A stretch of DNA of 63,292 bases, counting the filler, from Octopus bimaculoides (lineage: Eukaryota), in NCBI RefSeq assembly GCF_001194135.2. It is 9 parts of 8 records of this genome, joined end to end, with 100 filler letters (N's around TTAATTAATTAA, not from the genome) between each part and the next. Parts side by side here need not be neighbours in the genome. Positions count along the whole stretch, not along the records: positions 50,823 to 54,349 come from NC_068988.1; positions 54,450 to 56,796 come from NC_068982.1; positions 56,897 to 59,202 come from NC_069004.1; positions 59,303 to 60,339 come from NC_069009.1; positions 60,440 to 61,642 come from NW_026431365.1; positions 61,743 to 63,292 come from NC_068986.1; 3 more parts are not named here. One strand, 5' to 3'. Under the pieces are notes generated by a model. It saw only the letters and a list, made by a program, of their open reading frames with translations. It was not told the DNA's origin and searched no databases. Both the position numbers and the translations under genes were made by a program. This document shows positions 51,761 through 63,292 of the stretch, one piece after another. The first letter of the stretch is position 1. The number at the start of each line of letters is the position of its first letter.

Positions 51761-53254
51761 ATGATATATACATATATACACACACTTATGTGTATATTGT
51801 ATTTGTATGCATTGTGTATGTAATATAAAGGTAGTTTGAAGGTATGTGTAACTCCATCTTATTACTCAGTAACAGTGTCAGCTTCCAGCATTGCAGTACT
51901 TTGCACTGTCATTTTATAAACACATCACTAATTTTACACCATTATTATTCATATCAATATTAACTAGGCCATTAGGGTGTTGAATATGAGATTGTGGCCT
52001 TCATCCTTTCCTAATGTATTAGGACATAATTTATGGACTTGCTAAGAGCTTACCTTTACTCTGTGACATTATTATTTTAAATCATTTTTCTTCACAATGT
52101 CTTTAAGTGTGCTCCAGTTTTGTAAAACTGCTTTTTATTCCTTCTCTCCTAACATAGTTAACTGTCAATATCACTCAGTACATATTGTGTATAAGAATAG
52201 ATTTGTAGCCTTGCTTTAAAATCATTTAGATTTCTAAATTCCCTTGAGAGAATATGTATATCTAACAACTGATTAATCATGATTTCATTTTAATCGCATT
52301 CAACATTGATGTGGTTAGAACCATGATGTTCTCCCTGACAGACTCTTTATATATCTTTCTGATATCTAAAAGAAGTCATCCTGTCTGTAGATGTGATTTC
52401 CTATAAAGTGTATGTGGAAAATAACACCATTGTATATATGAATTAACTCTGAATGCAAATGGATTATAGCCACAATATTCTGACATAACTAATTTTATAA
52501 TCTCCAGAGAGAACATACAACTGACCAATTTAATTATCAACATAAGCTACAGTCAGACAATGCAATTTATTTTATATCAAAGCTGGGAATATACTCCTAT
52601 AGAATTAAATAATTCAATAGTTCTCTGATGTGTTACATAATTTTCCCACTAAATATATAGAAATATATTGAAGGATGAGGAAATGAGTGACATATTTTTA
52701 TATACGACAGTGATTGGAGTTAATATTGCGGCACTTAAAGATAGTATTATTTGATTCAACCTAGAATTTCTCTTTTCTCTCCAATAAACTGGACGTCTGG
52801 CCCTGTTGACCAGAATATATCTGTCTCACCATGGAAACAACAAAACGATAATGAATATTTAGGTACAACCAATAGCTTTTACTAATAATGTAATTTTCCA
52901 TCCTATAATTCTGTTATAATCATAAAATTTATATCCAAAAGTATTCTATGAAATTCGCCATGTGCAACAGAAGTAGTTTTAGATGAAAACAGCTATCTGT
53001 GGAAGCTACTCCTTATTTGTTAATTCTCATTCTTTGAGTAAAACTGCCCTCAAGTTTTCCTTGCAATCTTCAAATCTAAAGATTATTAAAAAAAAAAATT
53101 TTTTTGTACCTTATTTTTTATGCTGATATGTCTTTTGTTTTGGTAAAATTACTTGTCCCTAGATTTGTATGTAAGACTAAGATCAAAGCTTTATTTTAAA
53201 ATGGCTTTTTGTTGCACCAAGTGTTGTTACTATTAAAGAGCTGCCAAATGAGGA

Positions 53255-53545
53255 AATGAGTTTGATTCTCAGATCAGACTGCGTGTTGTGTTCTTGAGCA
53301 AGACACTTTATTTCACGTTGCTCCAGTTCACTCAGCTGTAGAAATGAGTTGTGACATCACAGGTGCCAAGCTGTATCTGCCTTTGTCTTTCCCTTGGATA
53401 GCATTAGTGGTGTGGAGAGGGGAGGCTGGTATGCATGAGCGTCTGCTGGTCTTCCATAAACAATCATGCCCATATTTGTGCCTCGGAGGGGAACTTTCTA
53501 GGTGCAATCCCATGGTCATTCATGACCAAAGGGGTTCTTTACTCT
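53255..53545 (+). mobile_element. SINE family B
   Basis: gtgttgtgttcttgagcaagacacttt..ccagttcactcagctgtagaaatgagt body. Confidence 0.7.
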
Positions 53546-53739
53546 TTGTTGAATCCAACAATAACTATGATAAAAAAAACTATTGCTTACTTTTATGAAA
53601 AAAGATCTAAATTATTGGCCAGCAGAATGTATTTCTGTTCCACAATTTGTTAAAAACAACTATAAAGGAACCAACTTGTTTGTCTTTCATGCTTGCAATT
53701 AATTTGTCATTAAACAAAATAAGATTTTTCCCTATGACT

Positions 53740-54190
53740 AAGTACAACTTTTAAAACATGTGCCTTTCAAATATTGTCAGTAATTATAGTTATGTAATAA
53801 GAAGCTTACTTCCCTATCACATGGTTTTGGGTTTAGTTCCACTGCATGGCACCTTGGACAAGTGTCCTAGGCCAACCAAAGCCTTGTGAATAGATTTGGT
53901 AGTTGGAACCTGAAAGAAGTCCATCATATATGTATATAATGCGTGTGTACTTACTGACTCCTTGCTTCAACATCACATGATAGTTGTGAGTGTCCCTATC
54001 ATGCTATCATGCAAGCAATGTTCTTTGTATCCTATCTTCCAAGATATTTCTGATCATGGGGAAATATTACCTTACTTGGAAACAGTTGAGAGTTTGGAAC
54101 AGGAAGGGCATCTGTCTGTAGAAAAAGCCACCTTAACAAATTCTGCCTAACCCATGAGAGCATGGAAAGTGAACATTGAATAATGATGTG
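53740..54190 (+). mobile_element. SINE family A head joined to an RTE-type tail (decayed)
   Basis: gaagcttacttccc..ttccactgcatggcaccttggacaagtg; tail ggaagggcatctg..cccatgagagcatggaaa. Confidence 0.7.
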
Positions 54191-54449
54191 ACAATTAAAC
54201 TCTAAATATTCAGATTATAATGCCAAACAAGAAACCTCTATGTGGTTGCTTCACTTTGAGAAGTTGCAGTTCTCCCTCAAATCAGATCTACCATCTTTAT
54301 ATAAAAAAAGACAGATACATTGAATAATATATATATATATATATATATANNNNNNNNNNNNNNNNNNNNNNNNNNNNNNNNNNNNNNNNNNNNTTAATTA
54401 ATTAANNNNNNNNNNNNNNNNNNNNNNNNNNNNNNNNNNNNNNNNNNNN

Positions 54450-54800
54450 CGGACCAATTCTGAGAATACACCTGTAGAAAAAAAAAAAAGGTAATGTAAA
54501 AGGAGAAAGGGCTCTATACCCCTTTCTTATTTTTTCTGACCAGGCTCCCGTGGTTTTATGGGTTTTTCCACGTGTAACCTTTCCTTTTTCGAAGCGCCTC
54601 CCCCTTTGGGAGTTCTACTTATTTATTTATCTATTTATTTATTATATCTTTCTTTGTTTTCTTCCTCTGTGTAGACGAACTTTCCTACCTTTTCGGACAA
54701 AACCTTTTGTAACCTTCGTCCTGTCTTTGTCCTTATATGTCTTTAATTGATATTAGCCCTTGTGGCCAATAAAACGAATTAATTATTATTATTATTATTA
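54450..54800 (+). mobile_element. Probable LINE 3'UTR with AATAAA and (TTA)n tail
   Basis: Pyrimidine-rich UTR ending agcccttgtggccAATAAAacgaattaattattatt; starts at a gap. Confidence 0.5.
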
Positions 54801-55070
54801 TTTCATGTCTGTTTTCCATGTAGGCATGTTTTGGAAGCTTGTGACAGATGCTGGCCAACCAGAGAGCATGGTTTCTACAGTTGGATACCCTTTCTAACGC
54901 CAACCACTTTACTGTGTGTGCTGGGTACTTTTCATGTGGCACTGGCATGAGCACTTTTTATGTGACGCCAGCACAAATGCTTTTTACGTGGTGCCAGCAC
55001 GGGCTGTAAAGGATCTGCCTGTATGTATGGATGGCCACAGGATTGCTTAGCTTGACATGCCTTCTCAAGC
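54800..55070 (-). mobile_element. RTE-type 3' tail fragment
   Basis: Reverse complement matches the 37742-38288 element (tggcacgtaaaaagca..gttagaaagggtatcc..gcctacatggaaa). Confidence 0.65.
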
Positions 55071-55883
55071 AATAATACAGAAATATAGTGAAAGAAAATA
55101 ATAAAACATTTACGGAACTTCAGTATATACAATGTTCTTATGTTATTTCTTTGGAGCATATATGAAAAGTCTTCATAGGCTTCCTACTCTGGAACAATCT
55201 ACATACAACTGACTATGTGAGAATCCGTCTTGTTTTAGATGGAGACCGACAACTTGCAGTGTTTGATCTTAGGACTTAATGGTCATTGCGCAACTGACTC
55301 TCGCTGGGAATTGCAATCATTTGAAACAAATGGGGACATCTGTTAGTATTAGCGGTAGTCTAGGTATAAAAACGACGCATACAGTGAGGATTTTTGCTTC
55401 AATAATGTGAGACTGTAGTTCAGTGATAACCATACGCATACCATTGCACAATGTTGGCTGATATAGATTTCTGAGAAGAATGAGTGATGGCAGCAAGCTG
55501 TGGTTGTGTTGGTAGTAGTGGTTGCAGTGTAGGCACATCAGCCCACTTGACAGAAGTAAACAAGGTGGCTATACAGAGAGAGGGCACTATACAACATTGA
55601 AGTTCAAACACATGACTTCATCTCTTACTCTTTTCTGCATGGATACACAAGCTATGAAGATGCAACTTGACAGGATCTATCTTAGGCCTCAGGCCTGCTT
55701 GCAGATAAGAGCAAAGCACAGAAGACCATGGTCCTTACACGCCAACCATTCTGTTTGTCATTCTTTTGGATGTCTACATGTGGCCACAAATAAAAGTGTT
55801 TAAGACAACCTTCCTTGTATGTGTTTTCCACCCAGGATTACTGCCAACCAGATTACAGCCTTCTTGGAAGTCATATTTAGGTG

Positions 55884-56796
55884 GTCAGGAGAATAAGGTG
55901 GATGAAGAATTTTTTCCCAACCAAGCTCTTCGATCTTCTGTGATGTGATCTTTGCAGTGTGGGGTAGCGCATTGTCCTGATGAAACATCATTCCTTTCCG
56001 ATTCACTAAAGCGGGTCTTTTTTTATTTCAAAGCTTGGTTCAAACGCCCTAATTGCTGAAAGTAGTCTTGAGCATTGATTATTGCTTTAGGTGGTAACAA
56101 TTCAAAGTGAATTACTCCTTTGCAATCCCACCAGATAGAGAGAAGAACCTTTCTTCCCATGAAGTTCCCTCCTTGATTGTGGTTGAACTTTTCCCCTTTT
56201 ACCAAGCCACTGTTTATGACATTTAACATTTCAATACAAGATCTATTTTTCGTCACCAGTCACAAGTCTACCCAAAAAGAGTGAAATGAGTTTGCTAGAA
56301 TGGAGAGAAGAGCAGATGTCAACTCGGGATTCGCGGTTGCTTTCAGACAATTCATGAGGCACCTATTTTCCAAGTTGTTGAAGATGATGATGAACAGGTG
56401 TATGGTTTGAACTAAGCTCTATTGCCAATTCTTCAACTGATAATGCAGGTTTTCTTCAAGTAATGCCTCAAGGAGCTTATCATCAAACTCAACTGGATGT
56501 CCTATTCGATCTTCATCTCCACTTCTGAATTTTGCAAACCATCTTCTGCAGGTTCTTTCATTCAAGCATTCTTTCCCATAAACTGAGTGAATGTTTCGAG
56601 TCACTTCGGCTGCAGAGTTTCCTTTTTTGTACTCATAAAGCATTATGTGCCTCAAATGCTCTTTGGATACTTCCATGTTAGAAAGGGTTTTAATCAGAGA
56701 AATTTAATTCTATTATTCTGTAAAATAATATTTAATTAGTTTAAATGTACATAAATGCATAAAAATAATTTTTAATTCCATTAGATATTCTAAAAT
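55884..56796 (-). mobile_element. 3'-truncated mariner (DD34D-type) transposase pseudogene
   Basis: MEVSKEHLRHIMLYEY..RTCRRWFAKFRSG, LVTGDEK*ILY, KVLLSIWWD, FHQDNALPH and HPPYSPD; the 5' end is lost in a gap. Confidence 0.92.
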
Positions 56797-56896
56797 NNNN
56801 NNNNNNNNNNNNNNNNNNNNNNNNNNNNNNNNNNNNNNNNTTAATTAATTAANNNNNNNNNNNNNNNNNNNNNNNNNNNNNNNNNNNNNNNNNNNN

Positions 56897-56928
<32 letters not shown>

Positions 56929-57204
56929 GTGCATGCATGTATCTATACAGGTATTTATACACAGTCATGGTGCTGGTCTTCTCACAGACGGTGCCCAACC
57001 GATCCTACTGTACTGCGTAGTCGACAAAATCTAAAACAAACAATTCGTGTGCATGAATTTTAAGATGTGCATGCAAAACATAATTTGCATTTATATGCGT
57101 TTGCATTAGTATATGGTACTGTCATTTTAACTCCCAAATTCATATATGTATGTATATATATATATATATGTATGTATATATATGTTTGTAAGTATGTATG
57201 TATA

Positions 57205-57410
57205 AGGTGGTCCAAAGTAGGTTTACAGTTATTAAAGTATCTCTTTCGCATTCATATATTAACAATTTAGATTTTAATTATAAAAAATATGGAAGTATTA
57301 TTCTACGCCAATTTAGTTAACTGTAAGATAGAAATTTAAATGTAATAAAATGGTTTCAAAGGAATTTAAAGTGCCCTACGTGATAATTGTAAACCTACTT
57401 TTGGGCCACC

Positions 57411-57413
<3 letters not shown>
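57205..57413. mobile_element. Tc1/mariner-type MITE (~210 bp)
   Basis: TA-flanked TIRs AGGTGGTCCAAAGTAGGTTTACAGTTAT and AGGGTGGCCCAAAAGTAGGTTTACAATTAT. Confidence 0.85.
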
Positions 57414-57463
<50 letters not shown>

Positions 57464-57868
57464 CATACATACATACATACACACAGACATACAAATATAA
57501 TAATAATAACGAGAAGAAGAAGAAGAATCCTTAGATGGAGTTTATAAACATTTAATGCACAGTGGCCGGCATAATGGAATATAAAATTTATTTGCATATT
57601 CGAAACGTTTCTCATAAATAAATTTAAAAGATATATATATATACGTGTGTGTATATATATGTGTGTCTATATATGTGTGCATGTGTGTGTGTATGTCCGC
57701 GCGCGCGCGTGTGTGTGTAGGAAAGATAAACACATACACATCGACGCATATCTTATGATAACCGAATAAGTAGTAAAAATCGATAAATGCTGTTTATCAC
57801 TTTTTCAATCTACGGATCAATTTTAAAATTTGATATGTTTATATGTCGACTATGTATATTTACATATA

Positions 57869-57934
57869 TTGGGTCATCCCATAAATAATGCGTATTTTTA
57901 TACTTTCAATTTTTCAAAACTAAGCTAAACAAAG
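57869..57934 (-). mobile_element. Solo 3' end of the 49087-type mariner
   Basis: Approximate reverse complement of 49933-50001, abutting a SINE head. Confidence 0.75.
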
Positions 57935-58260
57935 GAGCGGCTGTATGGTAAGCAGATTGCTTCCCAACTACATGGTTCCGGGTTCAGTCCCACTGCGTGG
58001 CTCTTTGGGCAAGCGTTTTCTACTATAGCTTCGGGCCGACCAAAGCCTTGTGAGCGGATTTGTTAGACGGAAACTGAAAGAAGCCCGTCGTATGTATATA
58101 TATATATATATATATACGACGTTAGTTTACGTCCCGTAACTTAGCGGTTCGGCAACAGACACCGATAGAATTAGTCCTAGACTTACAAAGAATAATTCCG
58201 GGGTTTCGACTAAAGGCGGTGCTCCAGCATGGCCGCAGTCAAGTGATTGAAACAAATAAT
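57935..58260 (+). mobile_element. SINE family A (internally deleted)
   Basis: Head, CORE-like body and tail; CpGs retained. Confidence 0.85.
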
Positions 58261-58265
58261 AAATA

Positions 58266-58297
<32 letters not shown>

Positions 58298-58299
58298 AT

Positions 58300-58675
58300 A
58301 TTTGACTGCGGTCATGCCGGAGCACGCCCTTGAAGAGTTTTATTCGAACAAATCCACTCCAGCACTTAATTTTTAAGCCCAGTACTTATTCTATCAGATT
58401 CAGTTGCTAAACTCCTAAGTTACGGAGATGTAAACACACGATCACCTGTTGTCAAGCGGTGATGGGAGTGGCAGAGACAGACAGAAAGACACGCAAACAC
58501 AGTTATATACACATACCACGGGCTTCTTTCAGTTTCCGCGTACCAAATCGACTCACAAGGCTTTAATCGACCCGAGAGTATAGTAGAAGATACTTGCCGT
58601 AGGTGCCGCGCAATGAGGCTGAACTCGGAACCATGTTGTTTGGAATCAAGCTTCTTACCACGCGGCCACGTCTGA
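58300..58675 (-). mobile_element. SINE family A
   Basis: Tail-to-tail with the preceding copy across a (TA)n tract. Confidence 0.85.
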
Positions 58676-59154
58676 AAACTTTACTGTGGTTTAATTTCGT
58701 GTTTCCAGTCCTAGCGTTATAGATTTTTTAAGAAGTGTTAAATACGTAACGCATTGAAGGAAACACACACACATCTACACACGCTACAACAATAACAACA
58801 ACAACAGCAGCAACAACAACAGCAATAACAAGTGTATTCAACTAGGAATATGAGACAAACTCCACCCGATCTGACACAAAAATAAGCAACAAAATTAAAC
58901 AAGTCAACAAGACGACGATAAAATTCTCATATATAAAAGTAATCTATTTGGTATTATGAACCAAATGAAATATATTATAAAAATCAATAGAATATTCGAT
59001 GATAAACAGCAAAATCGTCACAATTAAGAAATGATAATATTGCACAACTAAATATTAAAACTCGGCGAATTTAAATTAATTATCAATGCAAAGCACACGA
59101 ATATTATCATCATCATCATCATCATCATCATCATTATCATCATTATCATTATTA

Positions 59155-59188
<34 letters not shown>

Positions 59189-60449
59189 CATCATCATCAT
59201 CANNNNNNNNNNNNNNNNNNNNNNNNNNNNNNNNNNNNNNNNNNNNTTAATTAATTAANNNNNNNNNNNNNNNNNNNNNNNNNNNNNNNNNNNNNNNNNN
59301 NNATATATATATATATATATATATATAAATGTGTATATAAATATATCTATATCCATATATATCAATATATAAATTAGCTGGCAAAATGAGTAATCCAGAA
59401 AACCAGCTTATGAGCCTATGGCTAGGGAAAGTCCTTTGAACTTTTCTTCTTGATGTATATATATATGTATGTATGTGTGCAAGTATGGACGGACGGACGA
59501 AGTAGTTTGCACTAATATGATACCAACGGTTTCATGCTCGAACTTAGCAACTAGAATAATACAGACATAGTAGCCACACTTGATAGACTGTGAATGAGAG
59601 TCAAACGAGGTTTTGTATGAGACAAGATAGCACATGCATAAAGGATAAATTCAGTGAGTAAGAGACGCTGTCGTTTAAAGATTATAATAAGAGTTATTGC
59701 CATTGTATTGCATGCTTTGCAAATCATTGGCTATTTCGATATGCAAATGCTAGTGCACACATGCAAGATATGAAAGCACGACCATTATCTCATTACCTCT
59801 CTCTCCCTCTCTCATATATTTATATATATTCTTTTATTCTTTTCCTTGTTTCATTCATGACTGCGGCCATGTTGGAGCATCTACTTTAGTCGAACAAATC
59901 GACCCCAGCACTTATTCTTTGTAAGCCTCGTACTTATTCTATCGTTTGTCTTTTTCCGAACCACTAAGTTCGGTCGTCAAGCGATGGTGTGGGAACGAAC
60001 ACTGACACAAATATATATATATATATATAACTTTTATAAGTAATATTCTAAAAGAAATATTCTAAAAGAATATATAACTGAACTTATGTTGAGTGCTCAA
60101 TTATTTTGAGCAAATAAATGTGTATATATGTGTTTTTATATTATTAATAAATTCATAAATTCATCAATAATATACTCAGGAAATCAATATTTAATATTTT
60201 GAAAGACATACATTCAACATGACACGGCAACATAATAAATTTAAAATTTAAAATATAAATATACGAAATATAAATATCAATATATATATAAAAATCTGAA
60301 TATAGATAAATATATGTGTGAATATATATGCGTATAAAANNNNNNNNNNNNNNNNNNNNNNNNNNNNNNNNNNNNNNNNNNNNTTAATTAATTAANNNNN
60401 NNNNNNNNNNNNNNNNNNNNNNNNNNNNNNNNNNNNNNNTACGCAAACA

Positions 60450-60750
60450 AGGTATGCGTTGTGCTACATGTTTGTATCGGAGAAGTTGGACGAAAGCAGA
60501 GCAAACGGGAAACTAGAAGAAAACTTAACGGACGGGAAATTAGGCAAAGACACGATACATGGAATATTTGCAACTGAGCTTCCTTCAGTCAATGACGCAA
60601 AATATCATGGCAGTTTCGAGCAAATTACCATTGATACTACTCAGTTTTTCAGACGTCTGTGCTTTTTATTAAGCTACTAAGAAAAAGCTAGCGAATGTGC
60701 ACTGAGACAGAAACAAACAAGACATTATATGAATACAACAAAGAATTGCT
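60450..60750 (+). repeat. Unclassified protein-derived repeat, copy A
   Basis: KLDESRANGKLEENLTDGKLGKDTIHGIF; matches the inverted copy B. Confidence 0.7.
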
Positions 60751-60864
60751 GACTTCGGCTCCCGCTGTGTTCCCTGCAACTTACACCATTTCCTTTTTGC
60801 GCAATCCCACTAACGTAGTTCGATAGCTACAAAGCTTTTTCAATTGTATTTGTGGTATATAATT

Positions 60865-61222
60865 AATTATTATTCTTTTCGTAGTATATAGCCTTAAGGC
60901 TTTGTACTGTTATATATGCATAATTCTTTGCTGTCTTTATATAATGTCTTCTTTGCTTCTGTTTTAGTACACATTTGCTAACCTTTTCCCAGTAACATAA
61001 TAAAAAGCACTGGCACCTGCAAAATTGAGCAGTATCAATGGGAACTGGTGCGAAACTGCTTTGATATTTTGTGTCATTGACTCGAATATTCCGTGTATCG
61101 TGTATTGGTCTAATTTCCCCTCCGTTAAGTTTTCGTCTAGTTTCCCGTTTGCTCTGCTTTCGTCTAACTTCTTGTACTTTTTTCTGTTCAGCCCTTGATA
61201 CATCCATGTAGCACAACGCAAA
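60865..61222 (-). repeat. Unclassified protein-derived repeat, copy B
   Basis: KLDESRANGKLDENLTEGKLDQYTIHGIFESMTQNIKAVSHQFPLILL. Confidence 0.7.
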
Positions 61223-62039
61223 TCCTATGTATGTTCTTGATTAGATTCATTTATGCTGTAGTGTCTTGCTGTGGCTCTGTTATCATTTTTTTTTTTTGCG
61301 TAGTTCATACATTCTAACTTCAAGGCAGTTATGTAACTCTTTCTCGGAAGCATTTTGAAACTGCATACACGTCAACAATAAAAAAGTTAGCTGCGGACCC
61401 GGAGCTCTATAGGTCCTTTATACACCTGGACGTTTTAAACCTGTGTACTTTATGTGGGATAAAATCAAAATTTTCCCCAGAATTCTGCCCTGCGGCTTAA
61501 ATACCGATGCGTTTCATACACGGGAAAACACGGTAGTTTCCTAAATGAACCAAATTAGATTATCACTGATTATTATTACTAATGATTTACTCATTACTCT
61601 TTTACTTGTTTCAGTCTTTTGACTGTGGCCATGCTAGAGCACNNNNNNNNNNNNNNNNNNNNNNNNNNNNNNNNNNNNNNNNNNNNTTAATTAATTAANN
61701 NNNNNNNNNNNNNNNNNNNNNNNNNNNNNNNNNNNNNNNNNNACGCACACACAGATATATACATACATACACATATACATACATACATATTTATGTAAAC
61801 TTGAAACGTGAAAACATTTAAGATCTCGTAAATTTATGAGAAATGTGGCAAATGGCAGTACGTAATATAGTATATATACAGCTAGTTAGAATGATATCAT
61901 ATGCTATGAGATTACAAAAGCCGTGTACTTCAGAGTTTGGAATTAACTGCATAGAAAGTTGAATTAGTGAGCAGGGATCAATCCCTACATATGCTAATAT
62001 TCTTGACTTGTGATGTTTATACGCCAACGAAAGCCGATA

Positions 62040-63292
62040 ATAGAGCGCTGCGAAAGGCCGATCACAGCCTTTGAAATACGGGAAGCAATGGCTAGCTGCA
62101 CGAGGGTTTAGATGGTCTGCCCTACGAGCTTTACGCTTACATGCCAAACTTGTTCAGTAACCCCTTAGCAAACATTTACTGGAACTGGCAACAGAATGGG
62201 AGAATTCCTAGTTTTGTGGGCCGAGGAGCAGTGGCGTGGCTGAGAAAAGACCTGAACAAAGGGGATTGTTTTGACAACTTTAGGCCCATAACTCTGCTGA
62301 ATGCAGAATTTAAAGTTTTGGCCAAGTTATTATCTACGAGGTTGGCGCTGGATGTTGTAGGGGAGGTACAGCCATGTGCCATCCCGAAAAGTTCCATCCA
62401 CGACAACCTCCACCTGATGCGATACATCATTGAAAAAATGGCTAAAGGACCTGGCACGGGTGGAATTCCCTGGTCAGTTTAGATCAGCCTAAGATTTTCG
62501 ATAGGGTCAACCATCTATACCTCGCAGCAGTCCTCAAGGTAGCTGGTTCCGGGCCTGTATTCAGAGGCTGGATTGTTGTAATGCACAGCAACATCTGTTC
62601 AGTGGTCAGATTGAACGGTCACTTCTTAGAGCCGTTCAACATCATGCTCTCGGTCCGGCAAGGTTGTCCCCTCTCGTTCCTCTGGCACGTACTGACTCTC
62701 AAACCGCTACTACACAAACTAGAATCGTTGAGAGGCATCCCGCGTGACCTAGGACATGGGAGATGCGTGTCGGCGTATACCGACGACGTCACCGTAACGG
62801 TGTCGGATCATAAACACATAGAAATGATCTGCACCATACTCAGGGACTACAAGGCGGTTTCACGAGCGAAAATTAACCAAGAAAAATCAGTGGGCTTGCG
62901 ACTCGGCACCTGGCGAAGCAAGTCCATGCCGCCCAACTGCGCCGTTGGGCGCTGGACGGACGGACCAGTTCAAACTGCTCGGGGTCTGGTTCGATTCAGA
63001 CCTCCAGATGGACAAAATCTGAGACGAAGTTACGAGCAGGATGCCTACTCTCACCCAGAAATGAGCCGAGAGAAAGCTATCCCTGAAAGGTCGGGCAGAG
63101 GTGGCTAACGCGTATATCACGTCCTTCATCTACTATCAATTGACCTTCGTGCCTTGTCTGGCCACCATCTGATTACGCTGGAACGCATACTCTTCCGCTT
63201 CTTGTGGAAGGGACGCGTCCCAATGATCAGGCGGTCTATCTGCTGTCAGCACCCGCTGCGTGGTGGACTGGGCTTGCTGTGGTTGATGATGC
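62040..63292 (+). mobile_element. Frameshifted non-LTR retrotransposon reverse transcriptase (Tx1/L1-type), continues off-window
   Basis: GLDGLPYELY, NFRPITLLNAEFKVLAK, LDQPKIFDRVNH, SVRQGCPLS, AYTDDV and AKINQEKS, spread across at least three frames. Confidence 0.93.

Overview
AT-rich, microsatellite- and transposon-dense, gap-ridden animal genomic scaffold. The SINE/LINE repertoire and (TA/CA/GATA)n load look like a coleoid cephalopod, most likely Octopus (inference from repeat families). The only confidently recognisable host gene is the 3' half of HDAC3 on the + strand: five coding exons at 30024-43861 with canonical GT-AG sites and consistent phases. Its first ~250 codons were not found in the visible sequence. 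The rest is mostly mobile DNA: tRNA-derived SINEs, RTE-type 3' tails, two decayed Penelope-like elements, a Tx1/L1-type RT running off the right edge, four internally deleted or truncated Tc1/mariner copies and several MITEs. Most unusual observations: (1) two copies of a ~0.9 kb foldback element with GG..CC-type ends, 8-bp target duplications and TTAGGG arrays built into its inverted arms, both in HDAC3 introns; (2) a downstream acceptor at 47009 in phase with HDAC3 that could add a 158-aa poly-Pro/His-Cys-rich tail; (3) a CpG-decay domain over the gene; (4) a 1.8 kb intronic hairpin; (5) hammerhead-like remnants; (6) an inverted pair of an unidentified protein-derived repeat. Eight 100-bp gaps carry an artificial TTAATTAATTAA linker, so contig order across them is not guaranteed. 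Most long ORFs in the supplied track are N-gap or microsatellite artefacts. Repeat boundaries are approximate unless TSD/TIR coordinates are given.
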